From: a virus
Lineage: Duplodnaviria; Caudoviricetes
DNA: 64,000 nucleotides
Virus record (IMG/VR): IMGVR_UViG_2974622612_000001
Span: 6,031-70,030 of that record
Direction: 5' to 3' (one strand)
The position numbers and the translations under genes are program-made. The notes under the pieces were generated by a model. The model was not told the DNA's origin. It did no database searches and saw only the letters and a list, made by a program, of their open reading frames with translations. This document shows, one piece after another, positions 25,700 to 34,373 of this stretch; positions within the stretch are counted from its first letter, which is position 1; the number at the start of each line of letters is the position of its first letter.

Positions 25700-26755
25700 G
25701 TGTCCAGACGTGGTGACGCAGTTTGGCTCCCTGACATTCTCAGGAGTGCAGGGCTGCCCGTACAGGTGGCCGAGGGTGCCAACAACAGGGGTCATGGCGA
25801 CATGGCCGACGTGTGGGGCGTTGTTGATCACCACACCGGCAGCGACAACGCTTCGTGGCAGTCGATTGCCTATCATCCCAGTCTCGGTCTTGCATCCCAG
25901 TTGCACCTGTCCTTTTCAGGACTGTTCACGGTCTGTGGGGTTGGCATTGCGTGGCACGCCGGAAATGGATCATGGCCGGGTCTGGGCACGAACAATGCCA
26001 ACCCCCGCACAATCGGAATCGAAGCGGCCAACGACGGCGGTGGAACACCGGGCCGACCGCATCGCGCCGATTGGCCTGCGGTTCAATACGATCACTACGT
26101 TGAAGGCAACGCGGCGATCCTCAAGTTCTTGAACGAACCGGTCACGCATTCCATCGGCCACAAGGAATGGGCTGGTGCCGCACAGGGCAAATGGGACCCA
26201 GGCGGTATCGACATGAATCTGTTCCGAAAGGACATCGAATCCGCAATGCGCGGTGCGGTGCCCATTCTGAACGCGATTGACGAGCACGCGAAAGTTGCTG
26301 CGTGGCTTGGCAAGCGGTTGCATCCTGGCGAGAAGCCCACGGCTGACGGCAAGGGTCGCTTCGCTCAGTTCGAACGCGGCTACATCTACTGGTCGGCTGA
26401 GACCGGAGCGTTCGCGATCCCGTCTCATTTGATGGAGACCTACGCTGAACTCGGTTGGGAAGCAGGCGCTTTGGGCTATCCCATCGCACCACACGCAGTC
26501 ATTCCCGACGCTGGCGACGTGCAGGCATTCCAACGAGGCGTGCTCTACCGCAAGTACGGGCAGCCCGGTCACTTCATCACCGGAGCAATCGGTAACCGTT
26601 TCCGGTTGAATGGCTGGGAAGCCGGTTGGCTCGGTTGGCCGACCACGAACGAAACGAAGCAAGGCGGCATGCTCTGGCAGGGATTCGAGCACGGTCGCAT
26701 TGCTTTCTCCGCTGACGGCACAGTTGTTTTGAACGAACGGAACGAATTCGTATGA
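25700..26755 (+). CDS. lysA: Lysin A: Zn amidase (Amidase_2-like) with C-terminal LGFP repeats
   Basis: VDHHTG, IGIEA, IGHKE amidase motifs; AQFERGYIYWS, ALGYPI, WLGWPT repeats; GGAGG RBS. Confidence 0.9.
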   Translation: MSRRGDAVWLPDILRSAGLPVQVAEGANNRGHGDMADVWGVVDHHTGSDNASWQSIAYHPSLGLASQLHLSFSGLFTVCGVGIAWHAGNGSWPGLGTNNANPRTIGIEAANDGGGTPGRPHRADWPAVQYDHYVEGNAAILKFLNEPVTHSIGHKEWAGAAQGKWDPGGIDMNLFRKDIESAMRGAVPILNAIDEHAKVAAWLGKRLHPGEKPTADGKGRFAQFERGYIYWSAETGAFAIPSHLMETYAELGWEAGALGYPIAPHAVIPDAGDVQAFQRGVLYRKYGQPGHFITGAIGNRFRLNGWEAGWLGWPTTNETKQGGMLWQGFEHGRIAFSADGTVVLNERNEFV

Positions 26756-27834
26756 CCGCCCCTCTGGAAGTTGTTGCCAATCAGGTCTCGGAAGGCTGGC
26801 ATCCTGCGCGCGAAGTCGGGGACATCGATCCTCTGATTTCGGACGCGAAGCTGTACCTCAAGCGGTTCAGCTACGGTCAAGCTGAGGGTCTGGGAACGGT
26901 TGACACCGACGACACCTACACTGAGGGATTCGGTCGTGCGCTGGTGAAATTCAAAGAGGCCACGAAGATTCTCGTTGAACTCGGACGCGTGGCCGGTCCT
27001 GCAACCGACACCGACACTGAATTCGACTGGGCCACGAAGAAACAGATGCAACTTCTGTCGGATCAGTCTCCGACGCCGACAACCCCGCCAGGGAGCAAGT
27101 TGCCTCCGCTCTACATCACCGTCGAAGGCCACGAATCCGACATGTGGATCGGGCCAGCGGTGGAGGTCGGAAAGCGTTTGGAGAAGGAAGGTTTGGTTCA
27201 GCTACAGCCAACCTTCTACAACAACAAGGGAATTCCGTTCAAATCGGATACCGGTGTGGCTGAAATCTGCCGGTTCTTCCTCGACCCGGTGAAGATGCCC
27301 GAAGGCCGCAAGTTCTTCCTGTCGGGATTCTCCGAGGGCGATATTGTGGTGTCGCGCTTCCTACTTCGCCACGTCCTCAACCCCAAGGGTCAGTTCCATC
27401 ACCGGCTCAAGGATTGGATCGGCTGCCTGGAATACGGCGCACCGTACCGACCTCTGGACTACATGGGACCGGTGCTGCTGGTGTCTGATCCTCCCAAGCC
27501 GAACACGTCGGGAATCAGCCCCGAACGGCTTCCGATTCTCAACAACGTCGCGTACGTCTGCCGTACGAAGGACATCTACACCGAGAACGAAAACAACTCG
27601 GTCGGAAAGAAGAAGTCCGCGATCTACGAAGTGGTCGCGAATTCCAATCCGGCAGCGGTGTTCTGGGAGCTTTTGGCAGTCGGCATTCGTCCGACAACCG
27701 AAGTGCTTGCCATCGCCGCTGCAATCGGATCGGGGCTGCTGTTCGTTGCCAACATGGACCCGCACGGCGGCTACGTTTTAGAGCCTGGTCAGAATTGGGC
27801 CAGGGGTATGATCAAGGCTGCAATCGCAGCGTAA
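26752..27834 (+). CDS. lysB: Lysin B (cutinase-like esterase)
   Basis: Follows LysA; SGFSEG nucleophile elbow, YGAPYR, DIY, DPHGGY. Confidence 0.8.
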   Translation: MTAPLEVVANQVSEGWHPAREVGDIDPLISDAKLYLKRFSYGQAEGLGTVDTDDTYTEGFGRALVKFKEATKILVELGRVAGPATDTDTEFDWATKKQMQLLSDQSPTPTTPPGSKLPPLYITVEGHESDMWIGPAVEVGKRLEKEGLVQLQPTFYNNKGIPFKSDTGVAEICRFFLDPVKMPEGRKFFLSGFSEGDIVVSRFLLRHVLNPKGQFHHRLKDWIGCLEYGAPYRPLDYMGPVLLVSDPPKPNTSGISPERLPILNNVAYVCRTKDIYTENENNSVGKKKSAIYEVVANSNPAAVFWELLAVGIRPTTEVLAIAAAIGSGLLFVANMDPHGGYVLEPGQNWARGMIKAAIAA

Positions 27835-27846
27835 AGGAGCACGATC

Positions 27847-28155
27847 ATGGCAAGTGAATTTGTAGACAAGGTTCAACAGGCTGGCAAGGCAGTGGCCGGT
27901 GGTGTCGCTGGCGCGTTGGTTTCGGTGCTGTTCACCAGTGTCACCGATCCCGACGCAGCGGTGAACCCCGATGGGCCGGGATCGGCTGCCGTGCAGCTTC
28001 CCAACACCCAGGCTGAGTGGGTCGCTTTCGCCACCGCCGTCATCGTCGGCTTCTTGCTGCCGTTCCTCAAGCGCAACTTCCCCAGCGTCTTGCAGGCGCG
28101 GACGCAGTTGGCCGAAGCGGAACGACGCGTGGCTGAGAACAAGCAAGTGCGCTGA
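27847..28155 (+). CDS. Holin (probable)
   Basis: Two hydrophobic segments, charged C-terminus, after lysins. Confidence 0.7.
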   Translation: MASEFVDKVQQAGKAVAGGVAGALVSVLFTSVTDPDAAVNPDGPGSAAVQLPNTQAEWVAFATAVIVGFLLPFLKRNFPSVLQARTQLAEAERRVAENKQVR

Positions 28156-28430
28156 TGTCCAAGGAGACTCGGCTTGAACGGTGGCAGAGAACGGGTGCGC
28201 TTCAACTCGCAACCGCTGCCATCGTTTTTGCCACATGGGTCTACTTTCAAACTCAGTACACCGCAGCGGAGCGACCGGTGATTCTCAACGAGGTTCTGCT
28301 GATCGTATTGGGTTGGGTCGGTTTGAAATTCGCCATGAACAAGAGCGAAGACAAAGAGAAGAAGGAACCGGATACCGACTCGTCTTCCCCCGAGCCGGAG
28401 CCGGAGAGCAGAGGACGACATGCTAGGTAA
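28155..28430 (+). CDS. Membrane protein of the lysis cassette
   Basis: Two hydrophobic segments; TGATG coupling. Confidence 0.65.
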   Translation: MSKETRLERWQRTGALQLATAAIVFATWVYFQTQYTAAERPVILNEVLLIVLGWVGLKFAMNKSEDKEKKEPDTDSSSPEPEPESRGRHAR

Positions 28431-28935
28431 TCTGCTCGACTTCGATGCAAGCGATTTTCTCTCGCTTTTGGTTGGATTCTTTCTGGCTTTGTTCGGTGAA
28501 CCAATCTGGTGCTTCGTAAGGAACAAGATGGACGGCAAACATCGCAAGGTCAAGATGCCCACGGCAAAGCAGATCATTTACGTTCTGATCCTTGCCGGTG
28601 TTCTGTGGAGTCTGTGGAGCACCAACCAGATTCAACACGAAATCACCAAGAACTCTCGACAGGCTTTGGTGACCTCAGAAGCCGTTTGCGAGGAACAGAA
28701 GCTTCGCGCGCTGGAAAACCAGGCGGGCCAGAAGCTTTTCTTTGAAGGCGTTTTCAACGTACCCGCTGACATCAAAACCTTGCCGCCCGAAGACCCACGA
28801 AAGGTCGCCTGGGGGCAGAATCTCGTCAACGAGTACCTGAACACTTTCAAGTACACCAACGACCGTCGCGCGCAACTCGCAGAGGAATTTCGTACGAATC
28901 CTCCAACAGAACCGCGCTGTGGAATCGCAGGGTGA
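28420..28935 (+). CDS. Membrane protein of the lysis cassette
   Basis: Two N-terminal hydrophobic helices and a helical C-terminus. Confidence 0.65.
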   Translation: MLGNLLDFDASDFLSLLVGFFLALFGEPIWCFVRNKMDGKHRKVKMPTAKQIIYVLILAGVLWSLWSTNQIQHEITKNSRQALVTSEAVCEEQKLRALENQAGQKLFFEGVFNVPADIKTLPPEDPRKVAWGQNLVNEYLNTFKYTNDRRAQLAEEFRTNPPTEPRCGIAG

Positions 28936-28936
28936 A

Positions 28937-29128
28937 ATGCGGTGCCGACATCCGCACTGCGGCAAGCCAATCAAACGGCTTGACAGTACGGACGGCCCAA
29001 GCGTGTGGGTGCATGTCGAGCCAGACAAGCCCCCGTACAAAGAGTGCGAAGGCTCTACGGTAGCCCAGCCTCCGAAAACAATCGGCGAATGGTGGGCCGA
29101 GTTAACCGGGCAAATCAAGGGAGACTGA
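28937..29128 (+). CDS. Small Cys/His protein
   Basis: CRHPHC...WVH...EC; compact operon fit. Confidence 0.5.
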   Translation: MRCRHPHCGKPIKRLDSTDGPSVWVHVEPDKPPYKECEGSTVAQPPKTIGEWWAELTGQIKGD

Positions 29129-29129
29129 T

Positions 29130-30032
29130 ATGGTTACCTACGTGAAATCGCACAAGATCGTAAGCCTACTCACAGCAGTTTTGCTGATTGCCGTTGGCTG
29201 CATGGCGGGCATGGTCATCCACGACGCACGCAGCGAGCCGGTGCAGTGGATCGTGTTCGGCGGCAACACCGACCCCGGCGACGGCCAAGGTGGTGGGCAG
29301 GCGAAAGATCAGCTTGTGGCAACCGGATGGGTTGCGCCTGAGAACGTATTCCAAGTGCAGTGGCGAGCCGATATTGGTTCTGGCACAACGCAAGCAACCG
29401 CTGACGCAATGCCTGCCGGTCACGACGCTTACAACCGGTTGTGTCAAAACGGTTGCATCATCGCAGGATTCAGCTTGGGAACGATGCCAGCGATTCAATT
29501 GCGCGCAGAGACCGGCCACCCACCCGACAACCTCTACATCTTCGGTGGACCCGAGCAGAGCACAGGACTTTGGCACCAGCAGTACCAGGACAACCCATTC
29601 GTTCAGCCATGGGTACAACACGTAGGCAAGCTTGACCCGAATCAGTTGCCCCCGGCTGGAACTCACGCCTGGTATCACTTACGCGATCCATACGCCAACG
29701 CAGCGCCACAGTGCAGCGGACCCGGCCTCTACGCCTTGACTTTGGCAGAACACCGCATCGTTTCGCGCGACGAGGCGAACCACGTGTGGACAGGACCCGA
29801 TGGAGTCGTGAATCACGAAGCCGGGTACACCGGCCCGATTGGCTTGCCCGCCAGCGGTTCCGATCCATCGCAGCCCTGGGCGGGATGCTTGTTCAACGAC
29901 TGGAAATCAACGCCCAACTCGCCGGGGGATGAGACCACCGAAGGTGAGTTGCCATTGGGCGGCAATGGCGGTCCTCTGCCGGTACCCCCTGGCGGGTTGC
30001 CCGAGCCTGCCATTCCCGGCGCTGGCGGGTAG
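29130..30032 (+). CDS. Secreted/anchored serine hydrolase (PE-PPE/cutinase-like) with Pro-rich tail
   Basis: N-terminal hydrophobic signal; IIAGFSLG (GxSxG), later RDPYAN and AEH. Confidence 0.6.
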   Translation: MVTYVKSHKIVSLLTAVLLIAVGCMAGMVIHDARSEPVQWIVFGGNTDPGDGQGGGQAKDQLVATGWVAPENVFQVQWRADIGSGTTQATADAMPAGHDAYNRLCQNGCIIAGFSLGTMPAIQLRAETGHPPDNLYIFGGPEQSTGLWHQQYQDNPFVQPWVQHVGKLDPNQLPPAGTHAWYHLRDPYANAAPQCSGPGLYALTLAEHRIVSRDEANHVWTGPDGVVNHEAGYTGPIGLPASGSDPSQPWAGCLFNDWKSTPNSPGDETTEGELPLGGNGGPLPVPPGGLPEPAIPGAGG

Positions 30033-30042
30033 GATTGAAAGC

Positions 30043-30390
30043 ATGAGTAGGCCAGCCCAATCCACAGCCATGCAGGCTCCGATTCCAGAACGTGACGAGG
30101 AAGGGCGCGCGATCTATCTCGCGCTCTTGGAGCGTCAAAACATACTCCTTTCGCGTGAAAACCTGCGCTTAAGAGCGTGTTTGGAACGCGCAACTGGAAC
30201 AAGCTGGGACTCAACGGATTTGGCAGACCCGACGCCGGAGCAATTGGACGAAATGGTTGCTCAAGATATGGCGAGAGGTCTGCGAATGAGCATCGAAGAT
30301 GCAAGGGAACTCGTCAGCCAGAATAAAGCAATGGCGAATCCTACGCAGGTTGAAACGCACGAGGATCGCGCGTCCAGCCCTGATGTGTAG
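30043..30390 (+). CDS. Hypothetical protein, probably leaderless
   Basis: TAGGAT 7 nt upstream of ATG 30043. Confidence 0.65.
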   Translation: MSRPAQSTAMQAPIPERDEEGRAIYLALLERQNILLSRENLRLRACLERATGTSWDSTDLADPTPEQLDEMVAQDMARGLRMSIEDARELVSQNKAMANPTQVETHEDRASSPDV

Positions 30391-30550
30391 CCCCGGCTAC
30401 CTCATGCGCGATGAACTGCGTTCATCCACCGAGAATGATTCTCTTGGCCGCGCATTATGCGCAGGGCTAGGGCTGCGCGTTAAAACCAACGTCGTTATGC
30501 GCGCGATAAACGGATCGCGTAATGCGCGCGATTATCTCCGCGCACACGTG

Positions 30551-30828
30551 CGGGTTTTTGTCGCGCATACACAGCCGCGATTCCCCGCATGCACACAGCC
30601 GCGATTCCCCGCGTCACACAGCCGCGATTCCCTGCGAGTGCGCGCAGTATTGTCGCGCACGTATGCATGCGATTCCCTGCGGCGTGTGCGCAGTTTTGTC
30701 GCGCCTGCGCGGATGCGATTCCACGCGCCACACAGGCGCGATTCCCTGCGCATGCAGGTCGCGATTCCACGCGCATGTGCGATGCGCGATTCCCTGCGCG
30801 CATGTGTCGCGCGATTCCCCGCGCGTAA
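30551..30828. repeat. Degenerate ~23-bp tandem array (GCGATTCC core x9, TTGTCGCG variant x3)
   Basis: Cores at 30577, 30601, 30624, 30669, 30715, 30738, 30761, 30786, 30811. Confidence 0.85.
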
Positions 30829-30863
30829 CGCGCGTACGTTGCTTCCAACAGTTGACCCAACAA

Positions 30864-30905
30864 AAAGCCTTACCGAAAGCCCAACCGTAAGCCCAACCGT
30901 AAGCC
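30864..30905. repeat. Short 12-bp tandem repeat (AAGCCCAACCGT-like)
   Basis: aaaagccttaccg aaagcccaaccg taagcccaaccg taagcc. Confidence 0.65.
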
Positions 30906-31253
30906 TTTCTGTTAGGGTCGCCTAACTCGATTTTCGACTGGCAAGCGCAAACCTCTGACCAGGCAATATAGGTTCTCGATGTAAGCCAGCAAACAAGATC
31001 AAACACCCATCTACCAGCAGGTTCTCCCAAAAAGAAGGGGAAACGGCCTCGAAAACCTCGGTGTGACCCAGATCACAAAAGAAATTTGTTGGCTGGTCAG
31101 AGGCATGATCGATCTTGATGCTGGGGGCGTTCTTAGGGTACCCTTCGTTGCTTTGCTGGCGAAAAAGACCAGGCTGGTGTCAGGTCGTCCCGCCGTGGGG
31201 CGACCGGGGCGGGCCGGGTGGCTCGCTCCACCGCCAGCCGAAAGGTGCATGTC

Positions 31254-31730
31254 ATGTCCGAGTTCAAGATGCCCGCCGTTGGGACCGCCGAGTACGACGC
31301 GCTGATGACCCGTTGGGCCAGCAAGCCGGTCACGTTCGGCCAGTGCAACCGGCTCAAGTCGCTGTTCAAGCAGGTCGCAGACCAGGGCGGCTACGCGGGC
31401 AAGGTTCCCGCGAAGACCGCGAAGGCGTGGGACGTGCTCACGACACGCGACGAAGACCGGCGCTGGACGGAGCTTCGCTCCGACAAGCTCGCTGGCAAGA
31501 TGACCATGAAAGACGCGCATGAACTGGGCGTCAAGCTCGAATCGCTGCTGACCAGCGACGATGCGCCCGTCACGGTCACGCAAACCAAGCCCGCGAAGAA
31601 GCCCGCGAAGGCCGCCGAAAAGCCCGCTGACCAGGCCGTTTCGGTCAAGTCGGGCGACGTGATCTTGCTCGACGGCGAAGCCGTGGTGATCTTCCGCTCC
31701 GGCAAGCGCATTTACGGCAAGCGGGCGTAA
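31254..31730 (+). CDS. Hypothetical protein, probably highly expressed
   Basis: AAAGGTG RBS; very strong GC3 bias; PVTFGQ...MTMKDAHEL helical pattern; K/A/P linker. Confidence 0.8.
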   Translation: MSEFKMPAVGTAEYDALMTRWASKPVTFGQCNRLKSLFKQVADQGGYAGKVPAKTAKAWDVLTTRDEDRRWTELRSDKLAGKMTMKDAHELGVKLESLLTSDDAPVTVTQTKPAKKPAKAAEKPADQAVSVKSGDVILLDGEAVVIFRSGKRIYGKRA

Positions 31731-31743
31731 AACCGCAGGTCAG

Positions 31744-31773
31744 GACCCCCGGCAGCTTCGGTTGCCGGGGGTC
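31744..31773 (+). terminator. 13-bp stem with C(UUCG)G tetraloop
   Basis: GACCCCCGGCAGC TTCG GTTGCCGGGGGTC. Confidence 0.7.
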
Positions 31774-32176
31774 TCGCCATTGCGCGTGTATGCCCGCACG
31801 CGCCTGCACACGTCACACGTCCATGCGTGTATATGTGCGTTCGGCCTCGCTGAATCATTAATTCAGCAGCGAGGCCCAACGCGCTTATATGGTGCATGCG
31901 ATGAGCACACCCATAACTACACAGCGACCGTTGAACGCACGGATAACATGAGTGCGTGCAAAACGTGCATGCGATGAGCACACGTAAGCACACGCGCGAC
32001 AGGTGGACGCCGCCCGAGTGGGGGATCATATGCGGTATACGGGCCGATTCAAAGGCATTTGAATCGGCGAAATAATGCGTGCGTAGAAACGCACGTGCCA
32101 GCGAACGGCTGCAAAGGGTTGACTTGTCCCCAATGCGATTTGTGGTGATAGCTGGATAAATGCACACATACATTAA

Positions 32177-32252
32177 GCGGGCGCGTTGTAAAGACAACGG
32201 GAATGTCATTCTGGATTGCCAGAGCATGCGAGTTCGATTCTCGCCGTCCAAC
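32177..32252 (+). ncRNA. tRNA-like cloverleaf (degenerate; not a canonical tRNA)
   Basis: Perfect T-arm GCGAG-TTCGATT-CTCGC; 5' GCGGGCG partly pairs with CGTCC; two further hairpins; 76 nt, intergenic. Confidence 0.45.
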
Positions 32253-32283
32253 GGAGCGTGAAATACACGCAAGTTAGGAAATG

Positions 32284-32574
32284 ATGAGTGCAAGAAATTT
32301 CGAACGCATTGAAGACGCGACTGATTCGGAGGGATATATTCTCCCCGGTTATTCGCGGTGGGATTGCGAGAAGTGTGGCAACGAAGTCCGCAGGTATCGC
32401 GGCGAACGCGATGCAAGCTGCAACGAATGCGGCGCGCAATACAATGCCGGTGGGCAACGTCTGCGCGACGATTGGCGGGACAACCCGGCCTGGTCGGATG
32501 ATTCGATCAGCGACATGGATGGTTACGAAATGGCCGCGCTTCGTCGTGACGCCGAGTTGGATGGGATGTACTGA
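32284..32574 (+). CDS. Zn-ribbon protein
   Basis: CEKC...CNEC; AGGAA RBS. Confidence 0.7.
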   Translation: MSARNFERIEDATDSEGYILPGYSRWDCEKCGNEVRRYRGERDASCNECGAQYNAGGQRLRDDWRDNPAWSDDSISDMDGYEMAALRRDAELDGMY

Positions 32575-32576
32575 GC

Positions 32577-32792
32577 ATGAAAAGCACACCCATTCACACG
32601 AATCATGTTGGCGACTGCAAGGTCTCGACGGTTTTCATCGAACCGTGGCGTTATTACGAGACCGCGATACTGCGCAAGGGGCAGGCAGTCGAGGTCCGCG
32701 AGTCGGGCATAATCAGCGCGGATGACGCACTGATCGCACACGAAAAGGCCGTAGAATTGGCCGAAAAGGCACTCCGATACAGGGAGCGTTGA
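32577..32792 (+). CDS. Hypothetical protein
   Basis: Compact operon fit. Confidence 0.65.
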   Translation: MKSTPIHTNHVGDCKVSTVFIEPWRYYETAILRKGQAVEVRESGIISADDALIAHEKAVELAEKALRYRER

Positions 32793-32794
32793 TC

Positions 32795-33475
32795 ATGGAT
32801 AAATTGGAAGCCGCGCAAAGACTGATCAACGTGGTCTGCGGCGAACGCTGGGGCGATGGATCGCTGGTGATGAACGTCGGTGTGGGTTACGCCGAGCCGG
32901 GTTATCACGACGACGAAACCGTTTGGGTCCTGGGCAGTTGGTGGGTCCGTAAAAACGGAGAACTCGAAATCCACAGGCTCTCAGCAGCTTTGGAGCGCGT
33001 GGGCGTGGAGGTCGAGTGGCACGACGAGTGGGAGCAATGCTCGCACTGCCAGCGCATTTTCCGCGTGTCGGGCGATTCGTACATGTGGAAGCAGTTCGGG
33101 ATGCTTCTGGACGACGGGGATTGGTTGTGCGGTGATTGCGCCATCGATCCCGAATTCATCGATGACGTGCTGGCACCGTTGATCAACAATCCACACAATC
33201 GCGTTGCATTCTGTGACGCAAGCGTGTTGGAAGCGCAAGGGTGGACGCGATACAACACCGAGAAGTACCAGAGCGGTTGGCATCCCGGCATGGACGCCGA
33301 CCCCAGTATCGTGTTCGCGGAGATTCAGGAGCGCATGCCCGAGCATGATGTCCTGTTCTTCAAAGACGAAGCGTCCCAGTTCTATTCGGAATGGAGCGCA
33401 TTCACGAAGCCCAAACCCGTTGAAGACGACGGGGATATGTACGTGGGATACGCGACAGGAGAGTACGGAGAATGA
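32795..33475 (+). CDS. Hypothetical protein with internal Zn-finger
   Basis: GGGAG RBS; CSHC...CGDC. Confidence 0.75.
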   Translation: MDKLEAAQRLINVVCGERWGDGSLVMNVGVGYAEPGYHDDETVWVLGSWWVRKNGELEIHRLSAALERVGVEVEWHDEWEQCSHCQRIFRVSGDSYMWKQFGMLLDDGDWLCGDCAIDPEFIDDVLAPLINNPHNRVAFCDASVLEAQGWTRYNTEKYQSGWHPGMDADPSIVFAEIQERMPEHDVLFFKDEASQFYSEWSAFTKPKPVEDDGDMYVGYATGEYGE

Positions 33476-33666
33476 GCACACCCACGAAGACGATCCGCGT
33501 GTTGACTCGCGCGGATCGTTGCGACCGATGCAGTGCAGCGGCAACCGTTGCGCTGCAACTCAAGTCCGGCGAACTCATGTTCTGCGGGCACCACTACACG
33601 CAGCACCATCCGGTGCTGTTGACCAGCGGAGCAATCATCGTTGGTCAAGCCGGGGAGGAATCCTGA
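33472..33666 (+). CDS. Small actinobacterial-type Zn-binding protein (DUF7455-like)
   Basis: LTRADRCDRC...ELMFCGHH. Confidence 0.65.
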   Translation: MSTPTKTIRVLTRADRCDRCSAAATVALQLKSGELMFCGHHYTQHHPVLLTSGAIIVGQAGEES

Positions 33667-33980
33667 TGGACCCCGACGCAACGCTCGCGGAACTGCGCGG
33701 CGCAATCGCAGAAGGCGACTTCGAAACGGCGGCAACGCATTTCGAGGCGCTAGACGCATGGCTGAGCCGTGGCGGGTTCGTCCCCCACGACTGGCAACAC
33801 CGACAGTCTCCGGCCATGATCGTGGTCGAGGACAAAGAGCAAATCAGCGCGCTCACTGAGGCATTCGTGATGAGCGACATGCACAAGCTGCGCGTGTGGA
33901 TTGACGGAGATCGCGTCAAGTTCAAGGTCAACGAGCACTCATGGTCACCACCCATGGGCCGGATACAGGAGCCGTACTAA
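33666..33980 (+). CDS. Hypothetical protein
   Basis: TGATG coupling; MDPDATLAELR...WLSRGGFVP. Confidence 0.7.
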   Translation: MDPDATLAELRGAIAEGDFETAATHFEALDAWLSRGGFVPHDWQHRQSPAMIVVEDKEQISALTEAFVMSDMHKLRVWIDGDRVKFKVNEHSWSPPMGRIQEPY

Positions 33981-34282
33981 TGCACATCGATCTAGACTGC
34001 ACGACAGTCTCAACGTCCGAGCGCACGATCAGCTTGGACATGATCGCGGACGAAATCGACCGGGCCGCAAACAATCTTTACAACTCAGTCACAACGTTCA
34101 AACGTCACCCGACGTACGACAGTCGGGCGAACCTGCTGGCACGTGCCAACGAGCTTTCCGGCATGTTTCACCTGGCGCTGAAACTCAACGGGTACAACGA
34201 ATTCAGCGCGCAAACCCGCCAGAGAGTGCAGGCTGCACGTGAGGCAGTCGAATCGCTCTACAAAGCGAAGCCAATCACATAG
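33980..34282 (+). CDS. Hypothetical protein
   Basis: AGGAG RBS; TAATG coupling. Confidence 0.65.
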   Translation: MHIDLDCTTVSTSERTISLDMIADEIDRAANNLYNSVTTFKRHPTYDSRANLLARANELSGMFHLALKLNGYNEFSAQTRQRVQAAREAVESLYKAKPIT

Positions 34283-34289
34283 CACGGAG

Positions 34290-34323
34290 GCCGTGTTGGG
34301 GAACTGGGTCAAACCAACACGGC
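34290..34323 (+). promoter_or_regulatory. Conserved-loop hairpin, copy 1
   Basis: GCCGTGTTGG-GGAACTGGGTCAAA-CCAACACGGC. Confidence 0.75.
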
Positions 34324-34373
34324 GCGACGGGTATACAACAGGGATACCCGCACGGTTGATAGGAACCGGACAA

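Noticed and set aside
30551-30828. Possible CRISPR array
   Set aside because: The period of about 23 bp leaves no room for repeat plus unique spacer, and the units are degenerate. The Cas4-like gene at 44676 sits in a normal exonuclease-ATPase-SSB recombination module.
30299-31030. Overlapping ORFs with repeated PRFPA/RDS/AIP peptides
   Set aside because: They are translations of the 23-bp DNA repeat in several frames on both strands, so no frame is favoured.
32177-32252. Functional tRNA-Gly, -Gln or -Cys call
   Set aside because: No 5-bp/7-nt anticodon arm, the D-loop lacks GG, two acceptor pairs are broken and there is no terminal CCA; kept only as a tRNA-like element.
34300-34313. TTGACC (-35-like) on the minus strand of the conserved hairpin loops
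   Set aside because: No TANNNT at 16-18 bp spacing in either copy and no credible minus-strand gene.
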